From positions 30,001 to 62,000 of the forward strand of contig CAZIYE010000001.1 of the NCBI GenBank assembly GCA_964543385.1: a stretch of DNA of 32,000 nt, read 5' to 3'. How positions within the stretch are numbered: the stretch's first letter is position 1; each line of letters begins with the position of its first letter. The stretch is from an uncultured Candidatus Saccharibacteria bacterium (lineage in GTDB: Bacteria; Patescibacteriota; UBA1384; XYA2-FULL-43-10; 1-14-0-10-43-13). The notes beneath the pieces are model-generated. The model was not told the origin of the DNA, made no database searches, and saw nothing but the letters and a program-made list of their open reading frames with translations. The position numbers and the translations under genes are program-made. Shown in pieces: positions 1 to 8,766 of this stretch.

Positions 1-51
1 GGATCAAAGACAATATCAGAAGTAACAGCCATAATCGACAAAAAAATATGA
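1..51 (+). CDS. 3' end of an upstream CDS, possibly adenylate kinase (partial, runs off window)
   Basis: Open frame from base 1 reads GSKTISEVTAIIDKKI and stops at TGA 49-51, overlapping the map ATG (ATATGA). Its position just upstream of map-infA fits the conserved secY-adk-map order. Identity rests on context only. Confidence 0.3.
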   Translation, partial: GSKTISEVTAIIDKKI

Positions 52-824
52 ATGAAAATGTCCTGAATAAAGAGCAAATTGTAATTATTAAAGAATGCGG
101 TAAATACTTGTGCGAAGCAATGCACATAGTTTCACAAAACGTTAGGCCAGGGATCTCAACAAAGCAGTTAGATACAATTGCAAAAGAGGAGCTAGAAAAA
201 AGAGGCTGTAGACCGTCGTTTCTAAATTATTATGTGGGAAGTGCTGGTCATTATCCCGCCTCTCTTTGTGTTTCCATTAATGATGAAATAGTTCACGGGT
301 TGCCAACCCATCATCGCTTGATTAAAGAAGGGGATATTGTGTCGCTGGACCTAGGAGCGGAACTTTCTGGTGTCTGTACAGATATGGCTGTCACAATTGT
401 TGCCAAAGGAGAAGGCGATGTTCCAAAGGAAATTGATCACTTAGTCTCAGTGACACGCGATTCATTGTATGAAGGGATTAAGGCAGTAAAAGTTGGTAAT
501 ACAATAGGTGATATTGGTTTTGCGGTTGAAAGCTTAGTCCTAGCGAATGGTCTGGATGTTATAAAAGATTACGTTGGGCATGGTATAGGAACCAAGCCTC
601 ATATGTGGCCGCAGATTCCAAACTATGGTAAAAAGGGTAGCGGACCAAAGATTGTAGAGGGGATGGCGTTAGCAATTGAACCAATGGTTACGTCTGGGGA
701 CATAACCACTGTCGTTCATCCAAATAACTGGACTGTGAAAACTGCCAGCGGACTTAATTCTGCTCATTTCGAACACACAGTTATTATTGAAAATGGACAG
801 CCGAAGATAGTTACCAAGTGTTAG
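48..824 (+). CDS. map: methionine aminopeptidase, type I
   Basis: 258-aa ORF with MetAP metal-ligand neighbourhoods (IVSLDLG, DMAVT, DYVGHGIG, ALAIEPM, HFEHTV). Sits in the canonical position before infA. Confidence 0.95.
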   Translation: MNENVLNKEQIVIIKECGKYLCEAMHIVSQNVRPGISTKQLDTIAKEELEKRGCRPSFLNYYVGSAGHYPASLCVSINDEIVHGLPTHHRLIKEGDIVSLDLGAELSGVCTDMAVTIVAKGEGDVPKEIDHLVSVTRDSLYEGIKAVKVGNTIGDIGFAVESLVLANGLDVIKDYVGHGIGTKPHMWPQIPNYGKKGSGPKIVEGMALAIEPMVTSGDITTVVHPNNWTVKTASGLNSAHFEHTVIIENGQPKIVTKC

Positions 825-845
825 TCTCTGAGATGTCTTAGAGTG

Positions 846-874
846 TTGACTTAACGTTTAATTTATGTTAAATT
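846..874 (+). promoter_or_regulatory. possible sigma70-type promoter upstream of infA
   Basis: TTGACT (846-851), 17-nt spacer, TAAATT (869-874), in the map-infA gap. Confidence 0.3.
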
Positions 875-886
875 TATCCAAGTAGT

Positions 887-1132
887 ATGTCAAAAAACGA
901 TGTAATTGAAGTTAATGGTAAGGTTATTGAGGTTTTGCCGGATTCTAAATATCGAGTAGAATTAGAGAATGGTCACCAGGTTCTTGGGTACCTCTCCGGT
1001 AGAATGAAACAAAACCGAATTCAAGTCACAACTGGTGACTCAGTCCTTGTGGAACTCACTCCATATGACCTGTCACGAGGGCGAGTAATTCGTCGCTTGA
1101 ATCAAAACCAACCACCAAGACCAAAGGTTTAA
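887..1132 (+). CDS. infA: translation initiation factor IF-1
   Basis: 81-aa ORF. S1-like IF-1 core: IEVNGKVIEVLPDSKYRVELENGHQVLGYLSGRMKQNRIQVTTGDSVLVELTPYDLSRGRVIRR. Confidence 0.97.
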   Translation: MSKNDVIEVNGKVIEVLPDSKYRVELENGHQVLGYLSGRMKQNRIQVTTGDSVLVELTPYDLSRGRVIRRLNQNQPPRPKV

Positions 1133-1176
1133 AAAACTTTATTAAGGGTAGATTTTATTTTTGTTGAAAAATATAT

Positions 1177-1323
1177 ATGAAAGTACAAGCATCAGTTAAA
1201 AAAATCTGCGATAAATGCAAGGTTGTCATAAGAAGTAAAAAAGGCAAGTCTTCTCGAACAAGTTCAAAGAGAAGGGTATTTGTTTTGTGCGAGAATCCTA
1301 AACATAAACAGAGACAAGGATAA
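1177..1323 (+). CDS. rpmJ: 50S ribosomal protein L36, with an internal insertion
   Basis: Not in the ORF track (below cutoff). Hand translation gives [48 protein letters not shown], stop TAA at 1321-1323. It has the classic L36 ends (MKV.ASVKKIC..CK and [11 protein letters not shown]) and sits between infA and rpsM. Confidence 0.85.
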   Translation: MKVQASVKKICDKCKVVIRSKKGKSSRTSSKRRVFVLCENPKHKQRQG

Positions 1324-1326
1324 ATA

Positions 1327-1710
1327 ATGGCTAGAATAGCAGGAATAAATCTTCCTAATGAAAAAAGAATAGAAATTGCACTGACTTATCTTTTCGGTAT
1401 TGGATTACCTCTAAGTCAAAGCATTCTAGGTGAGCTGAAGATTAGCCCTGATATTAGAGTTAAAGATGTAACTGACGAAGATCTTGAAAAGATCAGACAA
1501 TATATTTCTAAAAGATATCGAGTTGAAGGTGATCTTAGATCTGAAATCTCACAAAATATAAAGAGATTGAAAGACGTAGGTAGCTACAGAGGATTGAGAC
1601 ACAGTAAGAATTTGCCTGTCCACGGTCAAAGAACAAAGACTAATGCCAGAACAAAAAGAGGCAAAAAGGTCACCGTAGGATCAGGACGAAGAACAATTGA
1701 GAAGACATAA
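1327..1710 (+). CDS. rpsM: 30S ribosomal protein S13
   Basis: [10 protein letters not shown]...[24 protein letters not shown] is the typical S13 sequence. Operon position agrees. Confidence 0.97.
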   Translation: MARIAGINLPNEKRIEIALTYLFGIGLPLSQSILGELKISPDIRVKDVTDEDLEKIRQYISKRYRVEGDLRSEISQNIKRLKDVGSYRGLRHSKNLPVHGQRTKTNARTKRGKKVTVGSGRRTIEKT

Positions 1711-1743
1711 TATATTAAGTTTTTAAATTGAGTTTATACACAA

Positions 1744-2148
1744 ATGGCAAAAGAGTCAGCTAAAGCAGCAAAAAAAATTGTAAAAAAGAAATCAAAGAGC
1801 CCAGTCTATTCTGGTAATATTTATATTCAATCAACTTTCAATAACACTCTAGTTACAATAACTGATGATAAAGGTGGAGCAATTGCGTCATCGTCATCTG
1901 GAGCTCTTGGATTTAAGGGAGCCAAAAAATCAACACCTTATGCTGCACAGCTTGCAGTTTCTGCTGCCGCTGAAAAAGCTAAGGCTAGAGGATTGAGTAA
2001 AGCTAATATTTACGTTTCCGGTGTCGGCCCAGGTAGGGACTCTGCAGTTAGAGCACTTATGGGCGCAAATATTGAAGCTGCTTTTATAAAAGATGTAACT
2101 CCAGTTGCGCACAATGGTTGCAGACCTAAAAAATCTAGAAGAGTATAA
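1744..2148 (+). CDS. rpsK: 30S ribosomal protein S11
   Basis: [42 protein letters not shown]...[12 protein letters not shown] is the typical S11 sequence. Confidence 0.97.
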   Translation: MAKESAKAAKKIVKKKSKSPVYSGNIYIQSTFNNTLVTITDDKGGAIASSSSGALGFKGAKKSTPYAAQLAVSAAAEKAKARGLSKANIYVSGVGPGRDSAVRALMGANIEAAFIKDVTPVAHNGCRPKKSRRV

Positions 2149-2168
2149 TAACGTTCAAAGGTAAATAA

Positions 2169-2762
2169 ATGCTAAAAGCTTGTAAAAAATGTAGAAGAGA
2201 GAGCATGAAACTTTCACTCAAAGGTGAGAAGTGTTTGTCAGCAAAATGCCCAGTAACCAAGAGGCCATATGCCCCCGGCGATCATGGTCAAAATTTTCGA
2301 AGCAAACTTAGTGAATACGGTAAGCAGCTTCGCGAAAAACAGAAGGCTCGCAAGATATATGGTATCGGCGAAGTACAATTTCGAAGTTATGTTGCCCTTG
2401 CTGAAAAATTAACTGGTAATAAAACAGAAAATATTATGCGTCTCCTTGAGACAAGACTGGATAATGTTGTCTATCGTCTAGGTTTTGCAAATTCCAGATC
2501 AGAAGCAAGACAGATGGTTTCTCACGGCGCCTTCAACGTTAATAGCAAAAAAGTCACAATTCCTTCTTACAGAGTTAAGGCTGCTGATGTTATTTCTCCA
2601 AAGAGAGCTGAAAGGTTCAAAGAGTTATCACTTAGTTCATCTCAGCTTTGGCTTGATTCTGATTCCAAGAAGCTAACCGGCACTATCAAACACTTGCCAT
2701 CAAGAGAAGAAATCGATACTCCGGTCAACGAAAACTTGATTATTGAATTTTACTCACGATAA
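2169..2762 (+). CDS. rpsD: 30S ribosomal protein S4 (zinc-ribbon type N-terminus)
   Basis: N-terminal CKKCRRE..KLSLKGEKC....KCP four-Cys cluster. S4 domain LETRLDNVVYRLGFANSRSEARQMVSHGAFNVN. Confidence 0.95.
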   Translation: MLKACKKCRRESMKLSLKGEKCLSAKCPVTKRPYAPGDHGQNFRSKLSEYGKQLREKQKARKIYGIGEVQFRSYVALAEKLTGNKTENIMRLLETRLDNVVYRLGFANSRSEARQMVSHGAFNVNSKKVTIPSYRVKAADVISPKRAERFKELSLSSSQLWLDSDSKKLTGTIKHLPSREEIDTPVNENLIIEFYSR

Positions 2763-2778
2763 TACTAAGGAGAATATA

Positions 2779-3708
2779 ATGGAAAAGATAAATTTACCAA
2801 AAATCAGTGAGGAAAAAGTAAGTGAATTTCATTCAAAATTCACAGTCGAACCTTTGTATCCAGGGTATGGCTCTACAATAGGCAACGCTCTCAGGAGAGT
2901 TCTTTTGTCTTCTATTACCGGCGCTGCCGCAACATCATTTAAGGTTGATGGCGTTACTCATGAGTTTACTTCAATTGCGCATGCAAAAGAAGATGTCGTT
3001 GAGTTGATGATGAATCTCAAAAACATCCACTTCAAATCATTTAGTGACGAACCAGTTACACTTGAACTGTCTAAAAAAGGTCCTTCGGAGGTAACAGCAA
3101 AGGATTTTAAAGCAAATAGCAGTGTTGAGATTATAAATCCTGACACCCATATTATCACTTTGGACAAAAATGCTGATTTCTATCTTGAAGTGACTATTGA
3201 GAAAGATAGAGGATTTAGACCTGTTAATATTGGCATTGGTGAAAGAAGTGAAATTGGCAGAATCGGTATTGACGCCTTCTTTTCTCCAGTAGAGAGAGTT
3301 TCTATGCAAATTGGAAACACTCGTGTTGGGCAAATGACAAACTATGATAAATTAGAGCTTGAGATAGTGACAAACGGAACTATCACTCCAGATGAGGCCG
3401 TTAAGGAAGCATCGAAAGTTCTAGTCGATCATTATCAAGCAATTATTTTGGGAGAGATTGAAATAGAAGAAGTTGCCCAACATGATAGTAACGTAGTTGA
3501 AACTGTTGAGACCGAAAATGACGGAGATAACCTTGACAGCAAAACAAAAGTTGAAGATTTGAAACTATCACCTAGAACAACAAACGCTCTTATTAATGCC
3601 GGGATCAAAACTTTCGGCGGGCTAAAGAGACTATCATCTCTAAAAGTTGAAGAAATAAAGGGTCTTGGCAAAAAAGGTGTAGACGAGATTAATGCAATTT
3701 TAGGATAA
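2779..3708 (+). CDS. rpoA: DNA-directed RNA polymerase alpha subunit
   Basis: The track ORF starts at 2743, but AAGGAG at 2767-2772 precedes the ATG at 2779 (MEKINLPK...). NTD motif GNALRRVLLSS and a C-terminal helix-hairpin-helix CTD (LKLSPRTTNALINAGIKTFGGL). Confidence 0.95.
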   Translation: MEKINLPKISEEKVSEFHSKFTVEPLYPGYGSTIGNALRRVLLSSITGAAATSFKVDGVTHEFTSIAHAKEDVVELMMNLKNIHFKSFSDEPVTLELSKKGPSEVTAKDFKANSSVEIINPDTHIITLDKNADFYLEVTIEKDRGFRPVNIGIGERSEIGRIGIDAFFSPVERVSMQIGNTRVGQMTNYDKLELEIVTNGTITPDEAVKEASKVLVDHYQAIILGEIEIEEVAQHDSNVVETVETENDGDNLDSKTKVEDLKLSPRTTNALINAGIKTFGGLKRLSSLKVEEIKGLGKKGVDEINAILG

Positions 3709-3709
3709 A

Positions 3710-4159
3710 ATGAACAGGATTCAAAGCAACAAATCAAATAAAGGCCATATATTACGGAATTTAGCTACTTCCCTTATTCTTTTTGAACAGCTCGAAACCA
3801 CAGAGACAAAGGCCAAGGCAGTTAAATCTTATGTCGATAAAATCCTTGCAGGAGCCAAAACATCTGATTTTAATTCAATTCGAACTTTGAATAAAGTTTT
3901 CTTTGATAAAAATGCCGTTAAAAAAGTAGTAGAAGAGCTTGTTCCTCGGTATAAATCGCGCAACAGTGGCTTCATAAGAAGCTTTCACCTAAAGAATAGA
4001 TTAGGAGATAATGCTGCAATGATGAGGCTTGAGCTTATCGATAAGAAAGTTTTTGTTGATAAAGAACCATCTAAGTTAGAGGATAATAAGAAGGTTGTTT
4101 CTAAAAGCGATATTAAAGAAGAAAATACTAAGGCTAAGGTAACTAAAAATGCAAAATAA
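3710..4159 (+). CDS. rplQ: 50S ribosomal protein L17 with Lys/Glu-rich C-terminal tail
   Basis: GHILRNLATSLILFEQLETTETKAKAVKSYVDKIL...RLGDNAAMMRLELI is the L17 core. It is followed by a roughly 40-aa charged extension. Confidence 0.93.
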   Translation: MNRIQSNKSNKGHILRNLATSLILFEQLETTETKAKAVKSYVDKILAGAKTSDFNSIRTLNKVFFDKNAVKKVVEELVPRYKSRNSGFIRSFHLKNRLGDNAAMMRLELIDKKVFVDKEPSKLEDNKKVVSKSDIKEENTKAKVTKNAK

Positions 4160-4559
4160 AAGCACAGAAAAAGATTGGTATATATTTGATGCAAAAGGTA
4201 AAGTTCTAGGTCGACTTGCGACAGAAATTGCTACCTTGTTAAGAGGCAAGAATAAGCCTGGTTTTTTGCCAAATATTGATAATGGCGACCATGTTGTTGT
4301 ATTAAATGCCAAAGAAGTTGCACTTACTGGCAAAAAAGAAGAGCAAAAGAGATACTACAAACACACTGGTTATTTGGGAAATTTAAAAACCTACACAGTA
4401 CCAGAACTAAGAGAAGATCACCCAGAAGAGATAATCAACCATGCTGTAAGAGGTATGCTACCAAAGAATAAGCTTTCTGATTTGTTTATGGGTCGCTTAA
4501 ATGTTTATGCTGGCGATACTCATCCTCACCAAAATGTTAAGTTTAAGAACCAAGGATAA
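4149..4559 (+). CDS. rplM: 50S ribosomal protein L13
   Basis: WYIFDAKGKVLGRLATEIATLLRGKNKP...HVVVLNA...YYKHTGYLG is the typical L13 sequence. Overlaps the rplQ stop by 11 nt. Confidence 0.95.
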   Translation: MQNKSTEKDWYIFDAKGKVLGRLATEIATLLRGKNKPGFLPNIDNGDHVVVLNAKEVALTGKKEEQKRYYKHTGYLGNLKTYTVPELREDHPEEIINHAVRGMLPKNKLSDLFMGRLNVYAGDTHPHQNVKFKNQG

Positions 4560-4561
4560 AA

Positions 4562-4948
4562 ATGACTGCAAAAGAAACACAAGAAACATATTGGGCAGGA
4601 GTTGGCAGACGTAAAACAGCAGTCGCCTCTGTCAGAATATTCGAAAAAGACAAAAACATTACTGTAAATGGGAACAAGACAGAGTTACCAGAATCAATCA
4701 TGTCGCTATTTGAGTTGGTTGGTAAAAAAGGTAGCTTCGGATTATCCATAAAGGCTTTAGGTGGCGGAAAAGAAGGTCAGCTTGAAGCAATAAGACTTGG
4801 GATTGCTAGAGCACTAGAAAAGTTCAATTCTGATTATCGTTCAGTATTGAAAAAGGCTGGCTATCTCACAAGAGATCCAAGAGAAAAAGAAAGAAAGAAG
4901 CCAGGTCTGAAAGGCGCTCGTAGAGCACCTCAGTGGGCAAAACGTTAA
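4562..4948 (+). CDS. rpsI: 30S ribosomal protein S9
   Basis: GVGRRKTAVASVRI....GGGKEGQLEAIRLGIARAL...LTRDPREKERKKPGLKGARRAPQWAKR is the typical S9 sequence. Confidence 0.95.
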   Translation: MTAKETQETYWAGVGRRKTAVASVRIFEKDKNITVNGNKTELPESIMSLFELVGKKGSFGLSIKALGGGKEGQLEAIRLGIARALEKFNSDYRSVLKKAGYLTRDPREKERKKPGLKGARRAPQWAKR

Positions 4949-4966
4949 ATTTTATTCTCTCATATT

Positions 4967-5000
4967 ACAAAAGTACCCCTATTTACCGGGGTACTTTTGT
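4967..5000 (+). terminator. intrinsic terminator after rpsI
   Basis: Perfect 13-bp stem ACAAAAGTACCCC (4967-4979) / GGGGTACTTTTGT (4988-5000) with an 8-nt loop. The descending arm has a T-run. Confidence 0.7.
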
Positions 5001-5009
5001 AATATTGAG

Positions 5010-5038
5010 TTGGCAAATTAGTCATTTTCTGATAAGGT
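5010..5038 (+). promoter_or_regulatory. possible promoter for rbfA
   Basis: TTGGCA (5010-5015), 17-nt spacer, TAAGGT (5033-5038), directly after the rpsI terminator. Confidence 0.3.
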
Positions 5039-5045
5039 AAAGCAA

Positions 5046-5381
5046 ATGGTAACATCGAGAATGCAAAAATTTGATGAATTGGTCAAAAGAGAACTTTCTA
5101 AGGAAATGCAAACGCTATTTCCAGATAGTTTTATTTCGATAACTCAAGTTCACGTTTCAAAAGACCTGTCGTTTGCCAAAATTTGGCTTACTACACCTAC
5201 GAAAGATATAGATATAATGGTAAAGCAAGTACAAGCCAAAACATCAGATATTCGCAGAAAACTCTCTCAGAAAATTATTGCAAGAAAAGTACCAAATCTT
5301 TATTTTGTTTCTGATAAAACAGAAGAGCATGCTCAAAAAATAGAAAACCTTCTCTCGGAAATTAAACATAACGATAAATGA
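5046..5381 (+). CDS. rbfA: ribosome-binding factor A
   Basis: 111 aa. RbfA-like N-terminus (R..K..ELVKRELS.......SITQVHVSKDLSFAKIWL). Stops at TGA, overlapping the next ATG (ATGA). Confidence 0.8.
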   Translation: MVTSRMQKFDELVKRELSKEMQTLFPDSFISITQVHVSKDLSFAKIWLTTPTKDIDIMVKQVQAKTSDIRRKLSQKIIARKVPNLYFVSDKTEEHAQKIENLLSEIKHNDK

Positions 5382-5761
5382 CATCGATAGTAAGAAATTT
5401 ATTCTTTCTTTTTTCCATTACATTATTTGGAATTACTTCCACTGTTTTGGCGCTGTTTAATTATAATCCATTCACATCCAATGTGACCGTTTTCATAAAT
5501 TTTTATGCTTCATTCTTTGTAGCTATTGCTGGCATCATTGCAATAATAATCCTTTACATAAAATCCAGACGTTCGCCTAATTCAAACAACAATACATTTT
5601 TTTGGCCTTCCGTAAGACAAGCCTGTCTAATATCACTTATATTTACAACGCTATTAGTTTTAAAAGGTTTAAAAATACTGGACCTATTGATCGGGGTATC
5701 TATAGTTATAGTAGTATTTTTGTCAGAGCTGTTTTTTCAAACTAAAAGGCAATTTAAGTAA
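5378..5761 (+). CDS. small integral membrane protein, unknown function
   Basis: 127 aa with about four hydrophobic spans ([75 protein letters not shown]). Start is coupled to rbfA by ATGA. Confidence 0.6.
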   Translation: MTSIVRNLFFLFSITLFGITSTVLALFNYNPFTSNVTVFINFYASFFVAIAGIIAIIILYIKSRRSPNSNNNTFFWPSVRQACLISLIFTTLLVLKGLKILDLLIGVSIVIVVFLSELFFQTKRQFK

Positions 5762-5778
5762 TCAACAAGAGTAAAATT

Positions 5779-6459
5779 ATGAATAAGGGAAATTTACATC
5801 CACTAACGCAGCTACTAAATAAAGCCGTTTCAATATTTGAAGAGCTTGGATTCGATGTTTATGAGGGCCCAGAAGTTGAATCTGAGTGGTATAATTTTGA
5901 TGCACTGAATGTTCCAAAGGATCACCCGGCCAGAGATATGCAAGATACATTTTGGATTTCAAATAAAAAGTTACTGCGAACACAGACTTCAAATGGTCAA
6001 ATTAGATACGGGGAGTCACACAAACCGCCAATTAAAGTTATTTCACCGGGCCAAGTTTATAGAAATGAAGCAACCGATTTCAAGCATGAAACCAGTATTT
6101 ATCAACTAGAAGGTCTTTATATTGATAAGGGCGTAAATGTAGGACATCTTTTTGGGACATTAAAGCATTTCTTCGAGAAAATGTATGGCGAAGACACCGA
6201 GGTAAGATTCCGCCCAAGTTTCTTTCCATTTGTTGAGCCAGGATTTGAAGTGGAAGCAAAATACAAAGGCAAGTGGATAGAGCTTCTTGGCGCGGGCATG
6301 GTTCACCCAAATGTAATAAAAAATATGAAACTCGACCCTGAAAAATACACTGGTTTTGCATTTGGCATGGGCATAGATCGCTTGGTAATGCTAAAATACG
6401 GAATCGAAGATATTCGCAACTTACGTTCAGGCGATTTACGTTTTCTAAAACAGTTTTAA
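5779..6459 (+). CDS. pheS: phenylalanyl-tRNA synthetase alpha subunit, short form (catalytic core only)
   Basis: HPL......FEELGF.......[27 protein letters not shown]; motif 2 [15 protein letters not shown]; motif 3 [21 protein letters not shown]. Only 226 aa. Confidence 0.93.
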   Translation: MNKGNLHPLTQLLNKAVSIFEELGFDVYEGPEVESEWYNFDALNVPKDHPARDMQDTFWISNKKLLRTQTSNGQIRYGESHKPPIKVISPGQVYRNEATDFKHETSIYQLEGLYIDKGVNVGHLFGTLKHFFEKMYGEDTEVRFRPSFFPFVEPGFEVEAKYKGKWIELLGAGMVHPNVIKNMKLDPEKYTGFAFGMGIDRLVMLKYGIEDIRNLRSGDLRFLKQF

Positions 6460-6487
6460 TCAGACAAACACACAAGAAAGACAAACC

Positions 6488-8758
6488 ATGAAAATAATAA
6501 GAAGTTGGCTAGAAGAGTATCTGCCAAGTATGAAAAATAAAAGTAATGAAGAAATTGCTGAAATCTTCCATCTTGCAGGGATAGAGGTTGAAGGCATAGA
6601 GGCAGGTCTTCATGAGAACGTTGTCGTAGCAAAAATTATAAAAATTGATAAGCATCCCGACGCAGATCGCTTAAATCTAGCCGAGGTGACTGATGGAGTC
6701 AGCAATTACAAAATTGTTTGTGGGGCGCCGAACATCAAGACAAACCAGGTTGTTCCTCTCGCAAAAATTGGGGCAATATTGCCTGGAGGTTTTGAGATTA
6801 AGAAAGCCAAGATAAGAGGAGTTGAATCAGACGGTATGCTTTGTGCTGCTGATGAGATCGGAATTGGAAGTGACCACTCTGGTATTATCGAGCTATCCGA
6901 TGAATATCAGCTAGGAAAACCTCTCAGAGATTACATTTCTAAAGAAACTATATTTGATATCTCAATTACACCAAATAGAGGAGACTGGCTCTCTCATTTT
7001 GGTGTTGCTCGGGAATTAGGAGCCTTCACAAATATCATCGTTAAAAAAAGCCCAATAAGTCTCCATCAATCTGCAAATGACGTTAAAGAGTTGTTAAATT
7101 TGGAGGTTGAAAATACCAAGAAATGCCCTCAATATTACGCGCGTGTCATTAAGGGGATTAAAATTGCCAAATCGCCAAAATGGCTTAGAGATAAGCTCGA
7201 AGCATCTGGAGTTAGATCAATAAATAATGTTGTTGATGTCACCAACCTTATACTCCTAGATTTTGGCCATCCACTTCATGCTTTCGATTATCAAAAAATT
7301 GCAGGCAAAACGATCGTTGTTAGGTCGGCTTTGGATAATGAAAAAATAGAGACTCTTGACGGCGTAACCCGCGAATTAGACAAAAATGATTTAGTGATTG
7401 CCGATAAGGACAAAGCAATCGCAATTGCCGGTGTAATGGGGGGTCTTAATTCAGAAGTAACAAACAAAACAACCAATGTAGTTTTAGAAGCTGCTGTCTT
7501 TGATCCAGCTTCAATAAGAAAAACCTCCAAGAGACTAAAACTGCAATCAGAAGCAAATTACCGATTTGAAAGAGGCATCGATGAAGGTGGCACTGAGTAT
7601 GTCATTAACAAGGCCGCAAATCTGATTATGGAAGTTGCGGGAGGAATAATATCAAAAGGAATATTGAAATCAGGTCAGACACCACAGCAGAAACAAGTTA
7701 AAATAGATTATTCAAAAATCAACAATCTTCTGGGGGTCAGTCTCCAATCAGACGAGATTAATCATTATTTAAAGTTGTTAGGGTTTGAGATAAAAGACAA
7801 CACAGCGATAGTACCACTTTGGCGTAACGACGTATCAATTATTCAAGATCTTGCTGAAGAAGTGGGTAGACTGCATGGCTACGATAATATCGTACCTGTT
7901 AAGCCAGCGAAAGAAACTCCCCCTAAAAAATCCATATATTATTCAAAACAATATTTAAAAGAAATTATTGCCCAAAATGGCTTTAGTGAGACAATTAGTT
8001 ATCCTTATTTATCCCAAAAAGATATTGATTTATTGAATATAAAAAGCAAAGATTTATTAGAGGTAGTAAATCCATTGCAAGACGAATACAAATATCTTCG
8101 CACTTCGCTAATACCTGGCCTTATCAAGGCGATTGCCAAGAATCCCGCCTTTGATCCAACTCTGTTATTCGAAATTTCGCATGTATATACAAAGGATGTC
8201 GAACAAACGAATCTTGCTATCGTATCGTCTGGTAAAAACGCAAAGAAAATTCTTGAAGATACTCTAAATAGCTTAGAAAAAAACCTTGGAAAGTCTATCT
8301 CTAAAGAAGTAGATGAATTTCCAAGAGAACAACTAGTTAAATTCAAAGTAAAAAAACCAGCAATTTATACGTTTGAGATAGACACTGACGAACTGCTGAA
8401 AAAATCAGTCGTTGATGACAGTAAACTAAAGCTTAAAATTTCGAATAAAGAGGTGACGTACAGACCAATTTCCAGATTTCCGATGATTACTAGAGACCTA
8501 GCCTTCATAGTTGATAAAAGCGTTGATGCGCAGGAACTATCTAAAGACATCTATAAAATTTCAGATTTGATAAATAGAGTAGAACTATTTGATGAATTTG
8601 CCTCTGATAAATTTGGCCTAGGCAAAAAGAATATTGCTTATCATATCTACCTGCAACACATAGAAAGAACATTGGTAGATAGTGAAGCAGATAAAGTTGT
8701 CAAAGATATTACAGACAAAATTGAAAAAGAATATAAAGCAACATTAAGAGGTAAGTAA
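6488..8758 (+). CDS. pheT: phenylalanyl-tRNA synthetase beta subunit
   Basis: 756 aa. N-terminal tRNA-binding domain (KHPDADRLNLAEVTDG...GVESDGMLC), B3/B4 (ITPNRGDWLSHFGVAREL), AGVMGG, and a C-terminal FDX-ACB-like domain (SRFPMITRDLAFIV). Confidence 0.93.
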   Translation: MKIIRSWLEEYLPSMKNKSNEEIAEIFHLAGIEVEGIEAGLHENVVVAKIIKIDKHPDADRLNLAEVTDGVSNYKIVCGAPNIKTNQVVPLAKIGAILPGGFEIKKAKIRGVESDGMLCAADEIGIGSDHSGIIELSDEYQLGKPLRDYISKETIFDISITPNRGDWLSHFGVARELGAFTNIIVKKSPISLHQSANDVKELLNLEVENTKKCPQYYARVIKGIKIAKSPKWLRDKLEASGVRSINNVVDVTNLILLDFGHPLHAFDYQKIAGKTIVVRSALDNEKIETLDGVTRELDKNDLVIADKDKAIAIAGVMGGLNSEVTNKTTNVVLEAAVFDPASIRKTSKRLKLQSEANYRFERGIDEGGTEYVINKAANLIMEVAGGIISKGILKSGQTPQQKQVKIDYSKINNLLGVSLQSDEINHYLKLLGFEIKDNTAIVPLWRNDVSIIQDLAEEVGRLHGYDNIVPVKPAKETPPKKSIYYSKQYLKEIIAQNGFSETISYPYLSQKDIDLLNIKSKDLLEVVNPLQDEYKYLRTSLIPGLIKAIAKNPAFDPTLLFEISHVYTKDVEQTNLAIVSSGKNAKKILEDTLNSLEKNLGKSISKEVDEFPREQLVKFKVKKPAIYTFEIDTDELLKKSVVDDSKLKLKISNKEVTYRPISRFPMITRDLAFIVDKSVDAQELSKDIYKISDLINRVELFDEFASDKFGLGKKNIAYHIYLQHIERTLVDSEADKVVKDITDKIEKEYKATLRGK

Positions 8759-8766
8759 GGATATAT

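Noticed and set aside
1930-4749. Track ORFs on the opposite strand or in an alternate frame within rpsK, rpsD, rpoA, rplQ, rplM and rpsI (1930..2112-, 2485..2676+, 2958..3167-, 3037..3333-, 3435..3737-, 3985..4194-, 4076..4333-, 4543..4749-).
   Set aside because: Each is fully embedded in a strongly supported conserved gene. Their sequences are low-complexity and shadow-like, with no SD or promoter.
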